Part shown: piece after piece, positions 25,383 to 27,263 of the stretch
How the letters are laid out: the number at the start of each line of letters is the position of its first letter
How positions within the stretch are numbered: position 1 is the stretch's first letter
From: a virus
Lineage: Duplodnaviria > Caudoviricetes
Virus record (IMG/VR): IMGVR_UViG_3300048576_000466
Location: 1 to 27,263 of that record
Length of the DNA: 27,263 nt
Direction: 5' to 3' (one strand)
Translations under genes and position numbers: made by a program
Notes under the pieces: generated by a model
Databases searched by the model: none
What the model saw: only the letters and a program-made list of their open reading frames with translations
Told to the model about the DNA's origin: nothing

Positions 25383-27074
25383 ATGCGTCTCACCCTGATT
25401 CTTGCCCTGATTGCCGCAACAAATGTTCACGCCGGCATTCTCGATGTCCCGCCCGTGCCACGCGGGACGATTACAAACATTGCTGTGTCAATTTCGACCA
25501 ATTATTATGCACTTGCGACAAACGCTGCTGCAATCACAGCAAGCAACATCGCAGCAAAAAGTGTTACGTCATCATTGGTGTCAAGCAATACATACCAGAC
25601 CACTACGAATTTGACCGCATTCAACATGAATTCGTGGATTGTGAATTCAAATGGGGTGTGGTCGATGTGCATTTCCAATGTAGATGCTTCTCACACTTTT
25701 GGGCTTTATTGGGACTCAAGTTACGCTTACTCGGCCTACTTTGACTTTTGGATGAGGAGTGATTTTACGAATAGCCAATTCCGAATATTTGACAATTCGG
25801 CAGTAAGATACTCGTCGTATTATTCACTTCAAACAAATTGGACGCACTACACGATTATTTTGCCTTCTATCTCTGCCGGGAGAATGTGGTTCTTTTATCA
25901 AACTAACTATGCCCAATCAACCTACGAAACAAATTTCACCCTTGGGCAGGTGTTGTTGCAATACAGCAATTTTAACGTTCTGGTTTATGAGTCACACTCC
26001 ACGATAGCAATTTCAAATGCTGTCTACTTGTCGAATATTTTCCCACGCGTCGTAATGCCTACTAATATATACTGCGCGGTTGGAGACACAAATCAGATAT
26101 TTGTAAGGGGGGTGATTGAAGATCAAAATCCGTATCGGATGCCGTATGGTTTTGTTTCTTCGGTCGGAAACTCCTATCCTCGTTACTGGGAGTATATACC
26201 GACAAACTCAGAAACGAACACACTGACAATGTGGGTTTATGACATGGCCACGAATGTCGTCGCATCCAACACATGCAACGTAATTGCGTTAACAACGAAC
26301 TCTATTCCCAGCACCAACATTTATGTTGCCTGTATCGGAGACTCTCTAACTTTTGTCGGTGTTTGGCCGCAAGAACTCTATCGGCGATTGTCCCAGACTG
26401 GGGGTTCTCCAGCCGGGTGTGGTCGGACAAATTTTGTGTTTGTGGGGGAGACGAACATGGTTGACTATCCGACGCAGAAATTTACGGGAAAAAGCGGATG
26501 GCGAATCAGCGACTTTTACACGCTGACGAATTCGCCATTTCGAACCAACGGGAGTTTTTCGTTTGCGGCTTGGGCCTCGTCGAATAGTGTTCCCAGAATT
26601 GACATTGCGCTGGTTCTTCTGGGATGGAATGGAATCGAAGACGGCGCCAGTGGCACAAATCACACGATTTGGACAAATCAAATGGGCATTTTATTGACTC
26701 AACTGCATACTGATTTTCCGAGTTGTCGCGTGATTTTACTCGGGGTTGAAACACCGTCCACTTGTGGTGGATTGGGCCATGACTACGCATCGAGTGGGTT
26801 TTGGACTTATTATCCACTCCTGAGAAAAGTAAATGGGCTTAGATTAGCTGAACAGACTTTTGCTTTGACAGCGCCATTTTCAACGTACTGCATTTATGCA
26901 GATGTTGCGGCTCAATTTGATGCTGAAAATAACATGATGATGACCGCAACTCCGGTGAATATTCGTTCATCGACAACTGAGCTGCGAGGATTCAACGGTA
27001 TTCATCCTACCTCTGTCGGATATTTGCAAATTGCCGATACAGCATTCAGGGCGATGTTGCGTTTGTGGCAGTAA
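25383..27074 (+). CDS. Signal-peptide-bearing SGNH/GDSL hydrolase (esterase) protein
   Basis: MRLTLILALIAATNVHA-G signal. SGNH blocks IGDSLT, GKSGW, LGWN and NGIHP. ATG 25383 follows the upstream stop by 5 nt. Confidence 0.82.
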   Translation: MRLTLILALIAATNVHAGILDVPPVPRGTITNIAVSISTNYYALATNAAAITASNIAAKSVTSSLVSSNTYQTTTNLTAFNMNSWIVNSNGVWSMCISNVDASHTFGLYWDSSYAYSAYFDFWMRSDFTNSQFRIFDNSAVRYSSYYSLQTNWTHYTIILPSISAGRMWFFYQTNYAQSTYETNFTLGQVLLQYSNFNVLVYESHSTIAISNAVYLSNIFPRVVMPTNIYCAVGDTNQIFVRGVIEDQNPYRMPYGFVSSVGNSYPRYWEYIPTNSETNTLTMWVYDMATNVVASNTCNVIALTTNSIPSTNIYVACIGDSLTFVGVWPQELYRRLSQTGGSPAGCGRTNFVFVGETNMVDYPTQKFTGKSGWRISDFYTLTNSPFRTNGSFSFAAWASSNSVPRIDIALVLLGWNGIEDGASGTNHTIWTNQMGILLTQLHTDFPSCRVILLGVETPSTCGGLGHDYASSGFWTYYPLLRKVNGLRLAEQTFALTAPFSTYCIYADVAAQFDAENNMMMTATPVNIRSSTTELRGFNGIHPTSVGYLQIADTAFRAMLRLWQ

Positions 27075-27095
27075 ACAATTGACAGAGTAATCGAT

Positions 27096-27263
27096 ATGCC
27101 AGAACGCGACTTCAAAATTACGATTGATGGGGATGCCAGCGGGCTTGTCGATGCATCCAAAGCCGGTGGTGATGCCATGCATGACATGGCGAATGCTGCC
27201 AATGATGCGGGAAGAAAATCCGGTGAAGCGGCGGAGTCGCACGAAAAGCACGGCAAGAGCTTT
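27096..27263 (+). CDS. Probable tape measure protein, N-terminus (truncated by the window edge)
   Basis: Translated by hand: MPERDFKITIDGDASGLVDASKAGGDAMHDMANAA..., open to the window end. Confidence 0.6.
   Translation, partial: MPERDFKITIDGDASGLVDASKAGGDAMHDMANAANDAGRKSGEAAESHEKHGKSF

Larger units (their letters stand above)
1..27263 (+). mobile_element. Mu-like transposable (pro)phage, internal portion
   Basis: MuA/MuB/Gam-like early genes, Mu gp26/27/28-like packaging genes, and head, neck and tail genes in the usual order. No genome termini were recognised. Confidence 0.95.

Noticed and set aside
192-27084. Each TTGACA as a functional promoter
   Set aside because: Most sites are intragenic and in both orientations, and I saw no consistent -10 box downstream. 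Individual cases cannot be excluded.
1-27263. Mu genome ends, repressor/ner, invertible tail-fibre segment, mom
   Set aside because: None was recognised in this window. They probably lie outside it.

Overview
The window is an internal 27-kb part of a Mu-like (transposable) prophage or phage. Neither genome end nor the immunity region is present. On the + strand, the early/middle module (1-8787) holds a DUF3102-like protein, a MuA-type DDE transposase, a MuB-type AAA ATPase, a Gam-like protein, several small accessory genes and a MerR/Xis-like HTH gene, ending at an intrinsic terminator. A divergent minus-strand accessory operon (about 8894-10584) has a sigma70-like promoter overlapped by a perfect 12-bp inverted repeat, three unknown small genes punctuated by repeated hairpins, and two terminal HTH genes, an acr-aca-like layout. 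The late module (10829-end) holds a holin-like gene, a lipoprotein, a permuted NlpC/P60 amidase, Mu gp25-28-like packaging genes, a C5 methyltransferase, an HK97-type portal fused to a Mu-gpF domain, an HK97-type protease and capsid, neck and tail genes, three proteins with signal-peptide-like segments (one an SGNH hydrolase) and the start of a probable tape measure gene. The most unusual signals are: (1) TTGACA/TGTCAA occurs 73 times by manual count against about 13 expected, on both strands and inside genes; (2) a 38-bp palindromic element ending in TTGACA is present both inside the DUF3102-like CDS and just after the capsid stop; (3) the hairpin-punctuated operon ending in HTH genes; (4) export-signal-bearing proteins inside the virion operon. 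All family calls come from motif recognition by eye, and no searches were run.
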